This document shows, in pieces, positions 1 to 11,078 of a DNA stretch of 64,000 bases (position 1 is the first letter of the stretch; every line of letters begins with the position of its first letter). The position numbers and the translations under genes were made by a program. Origin of the DNA: Octopus sinensis (Eukaryota); assembly GCF_006345805.1 (NCBI RefSeq), contig NC_043009.1, positions 23,126,001 to 23,190,000 of the forward strand. Direction: 5' to 3'. The notes under the pieces were generated by a model. That model worked only from the letters and a program-made list of their open reading frames with translations. It did not search any database and had not been told where the DNA came from.

Positions 1-139
1 AAGGTAAAGAGCCGGAACAAATGCCGCAAGGCATTTTGTCTGGCGCTCTAACGATTCCGTCAATTCAGAATAATAATGGTTTCTAATTTAAGTACAAGGC
101 TAGCAGATTTGAGGGGAGGGGTAAGTCAATGCTATTTTA

Positions 140-259
140 ATAGTAGTAGTAGTAGTAGTAGTAATAGTAGCATCATCATCATCATCAGTAGTAGTAATAG
201 TAGTGGCAGCAGCAGCAGCAGTAGTAGTCGTAAGTAGTAGTAGTAGCAGCAGCAGTATA

Positions 260-292
<33 letters not shown>

Positions 293-332
293 TTGTTGTT
301 GTTGTTGTTGTTGTTATTGTTGTTGTTGTTGT

Positions 333-373
<41 letters not shown>

Positions 374-385
374 GTGATGATGATG
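140..385. repeat. Compound trinucleotide microsatellite (TAG/CAT/GAT/GTT)n
   Basis: Directly visible runs. Confidence 0.95.
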
Positions 386-404
386 TTCTCTCTTTTATTT
401 CCAG

Positions 405-421
405 TCGATCAGACAAGAATG
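405..421 (+). CDS. Probable 17-nt micro-exon of the S1 serine protease gene
   Basis: Acceptor tcttttatttccag|TCGATCAGACAAGAATG|gtaagg donor. The final G joins AT of the 1526 exon in frame to give ...RSDKND-YDIAIIEL, the usual context before the catalytic Asp. Confidence 0.6.
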
Positions 422-809
422 GTAAGGTTTTTAGAATTGAAGTAAATTTGGCGACGGATAATCCAGCAAAACCGGTCTACACCATTCAGGGTTTACGTTA
501 TAAATATATAAAGCAGTACCACCTCAGCAGGAATGGAATGCCATGTGAGTAGGTTTAACCATTGTACATATATTCTCGCTAATCACTGATTCATTTATCG
601 CTGATCTGGGATAACATGGAACACCCAATTGTGAACCATGTTATGTTTATCATGGATTGATCTGCGATAACACGGGTCTGCTTCTATAACAAGCGCTCCA
701 GCAACCAGCTACAATGCTCAGCTACCCAGAATGCATTGGCTATTGTGTTAACATGACCATGCTGCAAGGCTGCGTATTTTATGCGGATTTACGTACTCGT
801 ATTACATGG

Positions 810-1123
810 CACTCCGTCGGTTACGTCAACGAGGTTTCCAGTTGATCCGGTCAACGGAACAGCCTGTCCATGAAATTAACGTGCAAGTCGCTGAGCACCT
901 CGCGTATATCTTTAACTTAATTCTCAGGGAGATTCAGCGTGACACAGAATGTGACAAGGTCGGCCCTTTGAAATACAGGTACTTCTCATTTTTGCCAGCT
1001 GAGTGGGCTGGAGCAACGTGAAATAAAGTGTCTTGTTCAAGGACATAACGCGTCGCCGGGAATTGAACTCAAGACCTTACGATCGTGAGCTGAATACCCT
1101 AACTACAAAGCCACGCGCCTTCA
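810..1123 (-). mobile_element. tRNA-derived SINE: CORE-like head and body joined to the tail of the 31275-31623 family
   Basis: Minus strand has A/B-box-like head, then a CORE-like TCCTTGAACAAGACACTTTATTTCAC segment shared with 12816-13154, then a tail ending GTAACCGACGGAGTG shared with 31275-31623. Confidence 0.8.
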
Positions 1124-1141
1124 CTCCAACACACACGCACA

Positions 1142-1192
<51 letters not shown>

Positions 1193-1271
1193 GTACAGAA
1201 AAACCCACAAAAATGAGCTAAACAGACAGAGAGGATGCATTAGGTTGACGTTCAGGAAAACTGGTAAAAGT

Positions 1272-1307
1272 CCTTAACGTTTCGAGATTATGCTCTTCTA
1301 CGGAAAG
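1272..1307 (-). ncRNA. Degenerate hammerhead-like motif, A6U family (core CCGUAGA)
   Basis: CTTT-CCGTAGA-A-GAGC-ATAA-TCTC-GAAAC-GTT-AAGG. Confidence 0.45.
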
Positions 1308-1525
1308 AATAGATGAGGAGAGAAAAAGAGGAAAAAAACTAATGTCTTAATTAGTGGACCACGCACATTATGTATGTATGTATGTATGTATGTATGTATG
1401 TATGTATGTATGTATGTATGTATGTATGTATGTATGTATGTATGTATGTATTGATATATAAAAGTGAGTTTGGAGGGATATACACACACACATGTATATG
1501 TATTTAAGGTATTTCTCTTTTTCAG

Positions 1526-1657
1526 ATTACGATATTGCTATAATAGAACTGGAACATCGCGTCACCTATTCTAAATGTCTCCGCCCTATCACTCTACCCC
1601 AAAGAAACGATGTTTTCACCGGAAATTGCTGGGCTTTAGGATGGGGCAGTAATGGAT
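1526..1657 (+). CDS. S1 serine protease exon with catalytic Asp102 motif
   Basis: ttctctttttcag|ATTAC...GGAT|gtaagt; encodes (D)YDIAIIELEHRVTYSKCLRPITLPQRNDVFTGNCWALGWGSNG, with DIA, PI-LP and C-x-x-x-GWG motifs of the chymotrypsin fold. Confidence 0.93.
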
Positions 1658-1735
1658 GTAAGTACGTTGACCTTTTAATTGATGTTTCTTTTTATATCAA
1701 CACACACGCGCATGCAACAACCACAGCTGCACCAT

Positions 1736-1892
1736 ATATACGGCGGGTTTCTTTCAGTTTCCGTCTACCAAATCCACTCACAAGGCTTTGGTCGGCCCGA
1801 GGCTATAGTAGAAGACACTTGCCCAAGGTGTCACGCAGTGGGACTGAACCCGACTGGTAAGCAAGCTACTTACCACACAGCCACTCCTACGC
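1736..1892 (-). mobile_element. SINE family B (CORE-like), 5' half
   Basis: Reverse complement of the head of the full copy at 23836-24250. Confidence 0.85.
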
Positions 1893-2739
1893 CTGTTCTG
1901 GGTTCAAATTTAATCAGTGTCGATTTTGTAGTTCATTCTTCCGGGGACGTTTTCAGATCAATTTAATTGATTTCAGAATTACATCTTTTGTCTAGGCTTT
2001 GTATCAATTTTAGGGACCTACCTACCTACCTACCTACCTACCTACCTACCTACCTACCTACCTACCAACCAACCTACCTACCTACCTACCTACCTACCTA
2101 CCTACCTACCTACCTACATACGTACCTATCTACCTACGTACCTACATACCAACCTACCTACTTACCTACCTACCTACCTATTTCGGAGTCACTGAAATGA
2201 ACCATCAAGGCAGTGCTCCAGCATGGCCGCAGTTCATTGAATGAAACTAATAAAAGGATAAAAATGAAAGTGTTGTATCGTTTTGATTGTAAGACACCGG
2301 GTTCTGCTTAGAAGTAGATCCTTTTCTGTTACTTTTAGCAGGCCGAACAACTACGTAGAGGTTGGCTTGTTGTTATTGTTGTTACTGTTATTAATGTTAC
2401 TGTCAGTCTTTTCCAATGAGAAACATTAGAACGAAACTACAGTCTTTTCAACAACGGTCTCCCTCTGAATTTATCTTGTATCTTTTAATCTTTTAGCTTG
2501 TTTCAATCATTAGACTGTGGCTATGCTTTTGATGATGGGCTAAGCTACTTCATATCACTTACTCTGTACTGCTCCATATACAGTAAAGCGCACCAATTTG
2601 TCTTATGCATATGTAGGCAAAATGCACAAATCTGGTTCTAAAAGTGCACCTACTCCTGAAACAGCTGTAAAGAGCTACCTACACATATCTACCTATACAT
2701 TACGAGATGTTCACCAGTGACCCAATGAATTTTACTTAC

Positions 2740-3075
2740 ATGTCCAGATCGAATCAACACAACTTATTTCTTTAAGCCTGATACTTATTCTATCGTCCTC
2801 TTTTGTCGAACCGCAAAGTTATGGGGACGTAAACACACCAACACTGATGGTGGTGGGGAACAAACACAGACACAAAACCACACACACGCACACATACACA
2901 CACACACGCACACACACACATACACACATACACACATATACACATACACACGATAGGCTTCTTTCAGTTTCCGTCTACCACATCCATCCACTTACAATGT
3001 TTTGGTCGAAGACGCTTGTCCGTTTTGGTCGATTTTGCTTGTCCAAGATTTCGCTCAGTGGGACTGAATCCAGAA
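2740..3075 (-). mobile_element. SINE family B, degenerate copy
   Basis: 3' domain, internal (CA)n and CORE-like segment match 23836-24250. Confidence 0.75.
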
Positions 3076-3140
3076 CCACGAAGAAATTATTTCTGATTCT
3101 TCATTCGTTATTTTATTTTTTTGATTTATAATTTTTTTAG

Positions 3141-3283
3141 ACGATCAAAAACCTTCTGCCAGTCTTAAAATTGTTCAGTTACCAATCGTAAGCAATAGTT
3201 ATTGCCCATGGCCCGGTTTGATCTATGAACAAATGTGTGCCGGAGTATTTGAACCCTGGGGTGTACACAAAGGAATCTGCTCC
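3141..3283 (+). CDS. S1 serine protease internal exon
   Basis: atttttttag|ACGAT...TGCTCC|gtaagt; phase-compatible with both neighbours; encodes (Y)DQKPSASLKIVQLPIVSNSYCPWPGLIYEQMCAGVFEPWGVHKGICS. Not in the ORF track. Confidence 0.9.
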
Positions 3284-3329
3284 GTAAGTTTTCTTCTCGC
3301 TTTTCATTTATATCTTTGATTATATATCA

Positions 3330-3685
3330 CTTTTTATCTTTTTCTTGTTTCAGTCATTATACTGCGGACATGCTCGGGCACAGCCTTGAACACTTTTAGT
3401 CGAGTGAATTGACCTTAGTACGTTTAGAAAGCCCGGCCTCTTTCGCTGGGGACGAAAACATACCGACACCGTCTGTCAAGCGGCGGTGGGGAACAAACAG
3501 AAACACAAAACACACACATATACACACGTATACACACACATGCACGCACACACATACACACGTAAATACGACGGGCTTTCAGTTTCTATCTACCAAATCC
3601 ACTCACAAGGCTTTGGTTGACCCGGGGCTATACAGAACCCAGAACCAAATTGTTGGGAAGCAAGCTTCTTACCACATAGCCATGC
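3330..3685 (-). mobile_element. SINE family B, degenerate copy
   Basis: Same modules as 23836-24250. Confidence 0.7.
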
Positions 3686-4105
3686 TTGAGCTAATATAGA
3701 CTTAAATAATATAGTTTATTTTTATAATTTACAAATAAGCCATCAAGTTGTTTAACACACAATACACAAATAGAATATTATATAATACATAGTAACAACT
3801 AATACAATTTGGTAAACTGTAAAGGTTTTTCAAGTTTGTATGCCGTTGCTGAGAAAGTTTCCATTGCTTCGGACAGGGTTCTGCTTCGAGAAAGTAAAAC
3901 ATAAATTCATGCTTTCATGCACTGAGGACGTTGTGAAATATTTCTGGTTCTTGAGGGATTTTGTCCGAAATGTCGGAAACTTCTCTCATCGGCAGAGGAA
4001 CATAAAAATCTATATACTCTACTAATAAATACTATTTTGGTGACGTAGCGAATACCTGTCAGCAATTGTATTTGTTGGTAAATATATTTATATATATATA
4101 TATAT

Positions 4106-4148
<43 letters not shown>

Positions 4149-4439
4149 AATAAGGGTAAATTGATATTAATCAATTAAAACCAGTGGCCTAGCATATTAA
4201 AAAAATCCGAAGATTAAAATATTTTTACATACAAAATTTAAAGGATTTTAAATTTGTATATATAATTATATATTATATATTATATATATATATATATATA
4301 TCTACATGGAGTTATTTATGCGGATAAACAAATTTGACACATATATATTAAATATATTAAATACACTAAATATAAAATATGTATATGTCGTATGTGAATC
4401 GTTGGCGATTTTCTTCCTTCGTTTTACTTTCTATTGGAC

Positions 4440-4590
4440 TTTCCTCTGTTTCTGAAGAAGGGCTTTGCTCGAAACGTTAAACCATCTTTCTGTTCTTCCC
4501 TGAGCGTCTGCTAATACTTTACATATAACACGTCCACGCGCTGTTGTGTTTTTTTGTGTTTGTTCTTCTTTTTTTAGGGATTTACTATAT
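4440..4590 (+). mobile_element. Short hammerhead-bearing element ending in (TA)n, Penelope-like-derived
   Basis: Hammerhead motif followed by CCTGAGCGTC...ACGTCC.CGCG.TGTTGTGTTTT tail shared with 4610-4755, 10262-10420 and 22860-23000. Confidence 0.7.
4448..4482 (+). ncRNA. Minimal type I hammerhead ribozyme motif
   Basis: GTTT-CTGAAGA-A-GGGC-TTT-GCTC-GAAAC-GTT-AAAC: stem I GUUU/AAAC, CUGANGA core, stem II, GAAA, palindromic ACGU in place of stem III. Confidence 0.7.
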
Positions 4591-4609
4591 ATATATATAT
4601 ATATATATT

Positions 4610-4755
4610 AGTTAATCCAAACATGAAAACACAAAGAGAAAACACAACAACGCGAGGACGTGGAACAAGTATAGTGTTATTGGACGCTCAGGAAAGAAGG
4701 AAAGGAGGGTTTAACGTTTCGAGCAGATCTCTTCGTCAGAAACATAGGAAAACAT
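4610..4755 (-). mobile_element. Short hammerhead-bearing element, inverted relative to 4440-4590
   Basis: Reverse-complement homologue converging on the same (TA)n. Confidence 0.7.
4709..4743 (-). ncRNA. Minimal type I hammerhead ribozyme motif
   Basis: GTTT-CTGACGA-A-GAG-ATCTG-CTC-GAAAC-GTT-AAAC. Confidence 0.7.
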
Positions 4756-4767
4756 CGCCAACGGTAC

Positions 4768-4826
<59 letters not shown>

Positions 4827-5149
4827 ACACACACACACATATATATATGAAAAATGAGAGAAAGCAAAAGTGGAAACATTCAGCTGAAGAATTTTTGTGC
4901 ATAAATACACAGATATTTATATTAATAGATCCAACTCACCCAGAGTACAAACGACAGAGAAAATTAAAGGAGTGGAAGAAAGGTTAAATAAGTCCAGCAG
5001 CTGTTTCTGGAGGCTCGGCGATCCATAATAATGTTGGTAGATTTAGTTGGTCACAATATGCGGCCGTATGGATGCAATTAACATTGGATGAGATGAACCT
5101 CCTCCAACAGGGTAGAGAAGATCTTACATTTCAGATTTTACTGCAGAGA

Positions 5150-5258
<109 letters not shown>

Positions 5259-5275
5259 GTCTGTCTGTCTGTCTA

Positions 5276-5318
<43 letters not shown>

Positions 5319-5435
5319 GCCTATTTATCTATCTATGTATCTATCAGGATTAATGGATATACAAGCCTACGCAAATCTGTTATATTGAATGGTATCATGT
5401 ATATTTCTAAGAATGCTAATTTATTATTATTACAG

Positions 5436-5582
5436 GGTGATTCTGGTGGTCCACTAATATGCGTAAAGAACGATAGGCCGGTTTTGGCTGGTTTAGCGAG
5501 TTTCGGAAATTGTGGCATGTATCCAGGTGTATTTACCAAAGTCTCAAGTTTTGTTGACTGGATTTATAAGAATATTGAGTAA
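5436..5582 (+). CDS. S1 serine protease terminal exon with catalytic Ser195 (GDSGGP)
   Basis: tattacag|GGTGATTCTGGTGGTCCA; encodes [48 protein letters not shown]-stop. Confidence 0.95.
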   Translation, partial: GDSGGPLICVKNDRPVLAGLASFGNCGMYPGVFTKVSSFVDWIYKNIE

Positions 5583-5769
5583 TTGATGTAATCCTTTCGT
5601 CATCGATTGCTTCACAGTGTTATATCTATAAACAGTTGTTCCAAAAATGAAATATTGTTTGTTATGTTAATTTTATTTTCCATTATCAAATTATTCGGTT
5701 TATCAGTAGGAGAGCTTTGTTGTTTTTGTATTTTTTTCAGCCCCAGCTCCTTGGTTGAGTACACCTATA

Positions 5770-5775
5770 AATAAA
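5770..5775 (+). terminator. Candidate polyadenylation signal of the protease gene
   Basis: AATAAA about 190 nt after the stop codon. Confidence 0.5.
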
Positions 5776-5929
5776 GGCTTTCTAACCACGACCATCGTTT
5801 GTATTTAAGACTACATTATTCATTGTCTCCTTTCTCTTTCATTCTTTTAAGTCAGCAAGTTTTGATTTGAGAACTTGGAGCGACATAACCATAAAGCCAC
5901 CTATATACATACATACATACATACATACA

Positions 5930-5965
<36 letters not shown>

Positions 5966-6363
5966 TATGTAGAAAGTTGAAAAGGAGCACACGAGTTGAT
6001 ATATATGGAAAAAAAAGTCAAGGTAGAAAATATTAAAACAATTTTATAAAAAACATTTCAGTACCGGTTTCAGTCATGGAGACTTTTTCAACTGTAAGTA
6101 TGGAAAACAATAACATTTTGGAAAAATTAAAAGAAAAGTTTTTTAAAAGAATATTTGTATAGTATTCAAATACAAGTGACATTTTCTTTGTTTCTACCTG
6201 TCTCTGCCTCTCTTGTTTATTCTTGTGGGTTCGAGGTCGTTCTTTTCATTTTTCCAAAATTTAATTCTTTTCCATACTTAAAGTTGAAAAAGTCTCAATG
6301 ACTGAAATCGTTACTGTAATGTCTTTTATAAAATTATTTTAGCATTTTTCACTTTTTTTTTCC

Positions 6364-6406
<43 letters not shown>

Positions 6407-6616
6407 TGCCCCATCATAACTACAGCTATTGAGTTGAGACTATTTTAAAAAGAAATGTGTGTGTACATATATTCAGGTATATATATCTATGTATTTATAC
6501 AGTTCTCTTTCTTTGTCTGTCTGCCTGTCTTTCTCTCTCTCTCTCTCTACATATATGTATACATATATATATATATACGTATACAAATACACACACACAG
6601 ACCACCAACACTCCTA

Positions 6617-6651
<35 letters not shown>

Positions 6652-6710
6652 ATATACATCTCTGATTTAAACTGTATGTAGGTAAATACATACATATATA
6701 CATACAAACA

Positions 6711-6746
<36 letters not shown>

Positions 6747-6887
6747 TACATGCATACATACATATACATATACATACATATACACAGACATATAAATAAA
6801 AGAAGACGCAAGTAATGTTTTGAAATATTTAGCACGTTTATTTGAAACCTGTCAGGTGTACATTTTTGTAACTGTTTTACATATAAT

Positions 6888-7100
6888 GTGTTCAAATTTT
6901 GGCACAAGGCCAGTAATTCTAGGGAAATGAGTAAGTAGATTACATCGACCTCCGAGTGCTCAACTAGTAGTTATTTTATCGACCTCGAAAGTATGAAAGA
7001 CAAAGTCGTCTTGGGTGGCATTTGAACTCGGAATGTAAAAGCGAAAGAAATACCGCGAAGTATTTTGCCCGGCGTGCTAACGATTCTGCCAGCTTGCCGC
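6888..7100 (-). mobile_element. SINE family A, tail type A3
   Basis: tRNA-like head GCGGCAAGCTGGCAGAATCGTTAGC, central CTTTCAT...GGTCGAT domain, tail CTGGCCTTGTGCCAAAATTTGAAC. Confidence 0.8.
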
Positions 7101-7153
7101 TGAAACTGCTTGAGACGTAATGTTTAAGCATAATGCAAAAGAATTACATGTCT

Positions 7154-7542
7154 AAGGCGGCGAGCTGGCAGAATCGTTAGCACGCCAAGCGGAATGCTTA
7201 ACGGTATTTCGTCTGCCGTTACGTTCTGAGTTCAAATTCCGCCGAGGTCGACTTTGCCTTTCATCCTTTCGGGGTCGATTAAATAAGTAGCAGTTATGAA
7301 GTGGGGTCGATATAATTGACTTAATCCGTTTGTCTGTCCTTGTTTGTCCCTTCTGTGTTTAGCCCCTTGTGGGTAGTAAAGAAATAGGTATTTCGTCTGC
7401 CGTTACGTTCTGAATTCAAATTCCGCCGAGGTCGACTTCGCCTTTCATTCTTTCAGGGTCGATACCAGTTACGCATTGGGGTTGATTTAATCGGCTGGCC
7501 CCCTCCCCCAAAATTTCGGGCATTGTGCCTAGAGTAGAAAAG
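7154..7542 (+). mobile_element. SINE family A dimer (A1 + partial A2) with 17-bp TSD
   Basis: TSD AAAAGAATTACATGTCT at 7137-7153 and 7543-7559; internal junction AAAGAAATA|GGTATTTCGTCTG at 7386/7387. Confidence 0.9.
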
Positions 7543-7744
7543 AAAAGAATTACATGTCTGAACAATAACTCTATGAGTGTCAGCTCTGTTGTAAGGGCTT
7601 TTGATAGAAGAAATGTTTGGGATTTTGCGGCACTAATCTAATGAATATAATCAGAAAGTTGATTTGCGCCTTGTCTTGTGTAAAAAAAAAAAATAAAAGC
7701 TGTATAAGCCTTCCATAAATCAATAGCTTCCCAACCATAAGGAG

Positions 7745-7786
<42 letters not shown>

Positions 7787-8038
7787 TGTGGTGTGTGTGT
7801 ATGTGTGTGTGTGTGTGTGTACGTGCGCGCTTGTATTTGTTTCCCTAACTGCTTGATTTGTTTACGTTTTCGTAACATCATTAACGCTTCGACACAGGAG
7901 AGCGATAGAATAAGCTGCCAGACTTTAAAAACAACAGCAATAACTAAACATAAGTGCTGATGTCAATTTGTTCGAGGAAAACCCTTCAAGCCGGTACCCC
8001 AACTCAGCATCGCCGCAGTCCATCGACTGAATCAAGCA

Positions 8039-8070
<32 letters not shown>

Positions 8071-8454
8071 CTATAAAAAAAACATACCATATGTATGAAG
8101 AACTGAGATGAATTTGAAGAACAGCATGAGTAAGAAAGGATAAATAACATGAAAAAACTGCCTGAAAGACTGTTGAATCACGTATTAAGCTTCTGCTTGG
8201 CTTGCAGCCAAATTATATTATATATTTGGTAGTGTTAGACCGGCAACAACACACAACACATTCCTTAGGCTTCCGTTGTCTACCTGCAAACAAGCAAAAC
8301 GAAAAGGACCGAAAAAGAATGCGGTATAAATAAATGTATTTTAAGAAAGGAAGCAATTTGTCAAAAATATTTGCTAAAAAGACCACACGATAATAATAAT
8401 AATAATAACAACAACAACAGCAACAACTACAGCAACAACAACAACAACAACAAC

Positions 8455-8495
<41 letters not shown>

Positions 8496-8882
8496 TAAAT
8501 AAAAAACTTAAGAAAACAAAAGGCTGGACATAAATTCCCCGTATTAATTAGTCGTAGCAATCAAATTTTCGAGCCAAGAATCGAATGACATGGCTGCAAA
8601 TAGAAAGCGTTTATTAACGAGTGCTAAAGAAAATAGACTGAGAAATCAAAATTGCTACAAGTCTATATTAATAAAACATATAAACATAATAACTTGTAGA
8701 ACATTACACACACACACACACAACACACACACACACACAGACACACACACACGCACACACACGCACACACACACACACACACACGCACGCCGCACACACA
8801 CGCACACACAAACACACACACACACGCACGCACGTACACACGCACACACACACACACGCACGTACACACGCACACACACACG

Positions 8883-8953
<71 letters not shown>

Positions 8954-9173
8954 GTTTTCTTCCACAGTTACTGGTGTCAATTATTGGACTGCAAGCGTGC
9001 TGCTGACGTACTGCTTTCAAGGTTTTTAGCTTATCGTATCAAGCTCACTGAATTTTATTTTTTAGTCAAGTGCTTATTTTGTTGGCTTCCATAAAAGAAT
9101 ATAACAAAAGCTAGGGCAAACATAAAGAGAGATTTGGACACATACACACATAGACAACATAGAGACTTATATA

Positions 9174-9693
9174 CCGTAAATCCTCGAGTATAGTCCGCCC
9201 TTGAGTATAATACACGGGATTTTTAGGGGGCTGTACCTCTGAAAAACCTCAACCTTGTGTATAATACGCACCCCTTCTCTAACTTGAGTCGTGCGTAATT
9301 AAGCCAGCAGCACCTAGTCGAACAAACACTTCCGCGCATGCGTTATACAATAATGGTGATGTTCTTAACTGTTATATGGGAATATAAATATGCTTGCAAA
9401 TTGTTTTTGTTACATGTTATTCTGTGTTCTGAATACTATTATTTTAAGAAATGTTGCTTACTGCAAGTTATGGATGATTCTTTTATGACTTCGTTGCTTT
9501 CAGGCTTAGCTTAATGTATTTTCGGGCCCGACATCACAAAATGCGTCTGAATAAACATTGCCGGACAGTAAATAGAGACTCAGACATTGCTTAGAAAATA
9601 TTTTTCATTTTTAACCTCGTATATAGTACGCACTAGGGATTTTGACCTTTAAATTTTTAGAAAAAAATGCGGATTATACTCGAGGATTTACGG
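9174..9693. mobile_element. MITE, Tc1/mariner (pogo-like), about 520 bp
   Basis: 25-bp TIRs CCGTAAATCCTCGAGTATAGTCCGC / GCGGATTATACTCGAGGATTTACGG (24/25 match); TA on the left, TG on the right; subterminal GTATAATAC(A/G)C repeats. Confidence 0.85.
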
Positions 9694-9952
9694 TGTGTGT
9701 ATAGGCATTGGACTTCGGTAATGCTTGCTGGGGCAAATAGACCCCAGTAAATTTTCTTTGAATCTTGTATTTATTTTAACCGTCTCTTGTAGTTAATGGT
9801 TAGTGTATTGTGGGTTAGAGAGCTGTTTAGCTGGTTAACGCACAGAAATTGCTTTGACCCTCATTCAACAACTAATGAAACAGTATGTGACCTTGTTTGT
9901 ATCTTGTCGCATCTGAGTTTTACCAGCCATTCGTCCGTGCTTAATTAATTTT

Positions 9953-10049
<97 letters not shown>

Positions 10050-10174
10050 ATATATATTTATATATTGATAGAAATGGTAAGACAACAAAAGAATGAAAGC
10101 GACCTCGATATTATGTAAATAGAGGAATTTATCTGTAAATATAATGTGACAATTATTCGGTAGCCATGATAAAA

Positions 10175-10228
10175 CTCCGAGTTTCGGATGTCGGGGTGGA
10201 AACCCACGCCGCCGTCTCTTCAGTTATT
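10175..10228 (-). ncRNA. Hammerhead-like motif with long, decayed stem II
   Basis: ATAA-CTGAAGA-[GACGGCGGCGTGGGTTTCCACCCCGACATCC]-GAA-ACTC-G-GAGT-T-TTAT; stems I and III pair, the base of stem II is mismatched. Confidence 0.5.
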
Positions 10229-10366
10229 CGGCCATCGAAAAAGTGCCATGAAAAAATATATATATAGTCAATCCAAACAAGAACAAGCAAGAAAAAACAA
10301 CAACGCGAGGACGTGGAACGAGTATTGTGTTATTGGACGCTCAGGAAAGGAAACAAAAGAAAGAGG

Positions 10367-10401
10367 ATTTCACGTTTCGAGCGGAGCTCTTCATCAGAAA
10401 T
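10367..10401 (-). ncRNA. Minimal hammerhead motif with perfect core but GUG at the cleavage triplet
   Basis: ATTT-CTGATGA-A-GAGC-TCC-GCTC-GAAAC-GTG-AAAT; lies in an element (10262-10420) ending at (TA)n. Confidence 0.65.
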
Positions 10402-10487
10402 ATAGAAATGTCCAAAGAAGGGAAGACGGAGAAATAAAGACGTCAATGATACACAAGAAAAATAAATTAAGCATTTTCACACACACA

Positions 10488-10536
<49 letters not shown>

Positions 10537-10680
10537 CACACACGCACACACACACACACACACGCACACACCCACCCACACACACACACATTAGTATACA
10601 TATGAGAAAAATTAATTAAGCACGGACCTATTGCAGGTAAAAAACACGGGGCTAGATTCATAATATATATAGTATATAAT

Positions 10681-11078
10681 GAGGCGAGCTGGCCGAAAGT
10701 TAGCACGCCGGGTGAAATGCTTAGAGGTGTTTCGTCTGCCGCTACGTTGTGAGTTCAAATTTCGCCGAGGTCGACTTTGCCTTTCATCCTTTCGGGGTCG
10801 ATTAAATAAGTACCAGTTACGCACTGGGGTCGATATAATCGACTTAATCCGTTTGTCTGTCCTTGTTTGTCCCTTCTGTGTTTAGCCCTTTGTGGGTAGT
10901 AAAGAAATAGGTATTTCGTCTGCAGGTACGTTCTGAGTACAAATTCCGCCGAGGTCGACTTTGTCTTTCATTCTTTCGGGGTCGATAAATTAAGTACCAG
11001 TTGCATACTTGGGTCGATCTAATCGACTGGCTCCCTCCCCAAAAATTTTGGGCGTTGTGCCTAGAGTAGAAAAGAATA
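10681..11078 (+). mobile_element. SINE family A dimer (A1 + partial A2)
   Basis: Same structure and junction (10909/10910) as 7154-7542. Confidence 0.9.

Noticed and set aside
7154-7260. tRNA-like A/B boxes in SINE heads (also 12816, 23836, 31623)
   Set aside because: They continue into SINE bodies, recur with TSDs and lack a complete cloverleaf; not tRNA genes.
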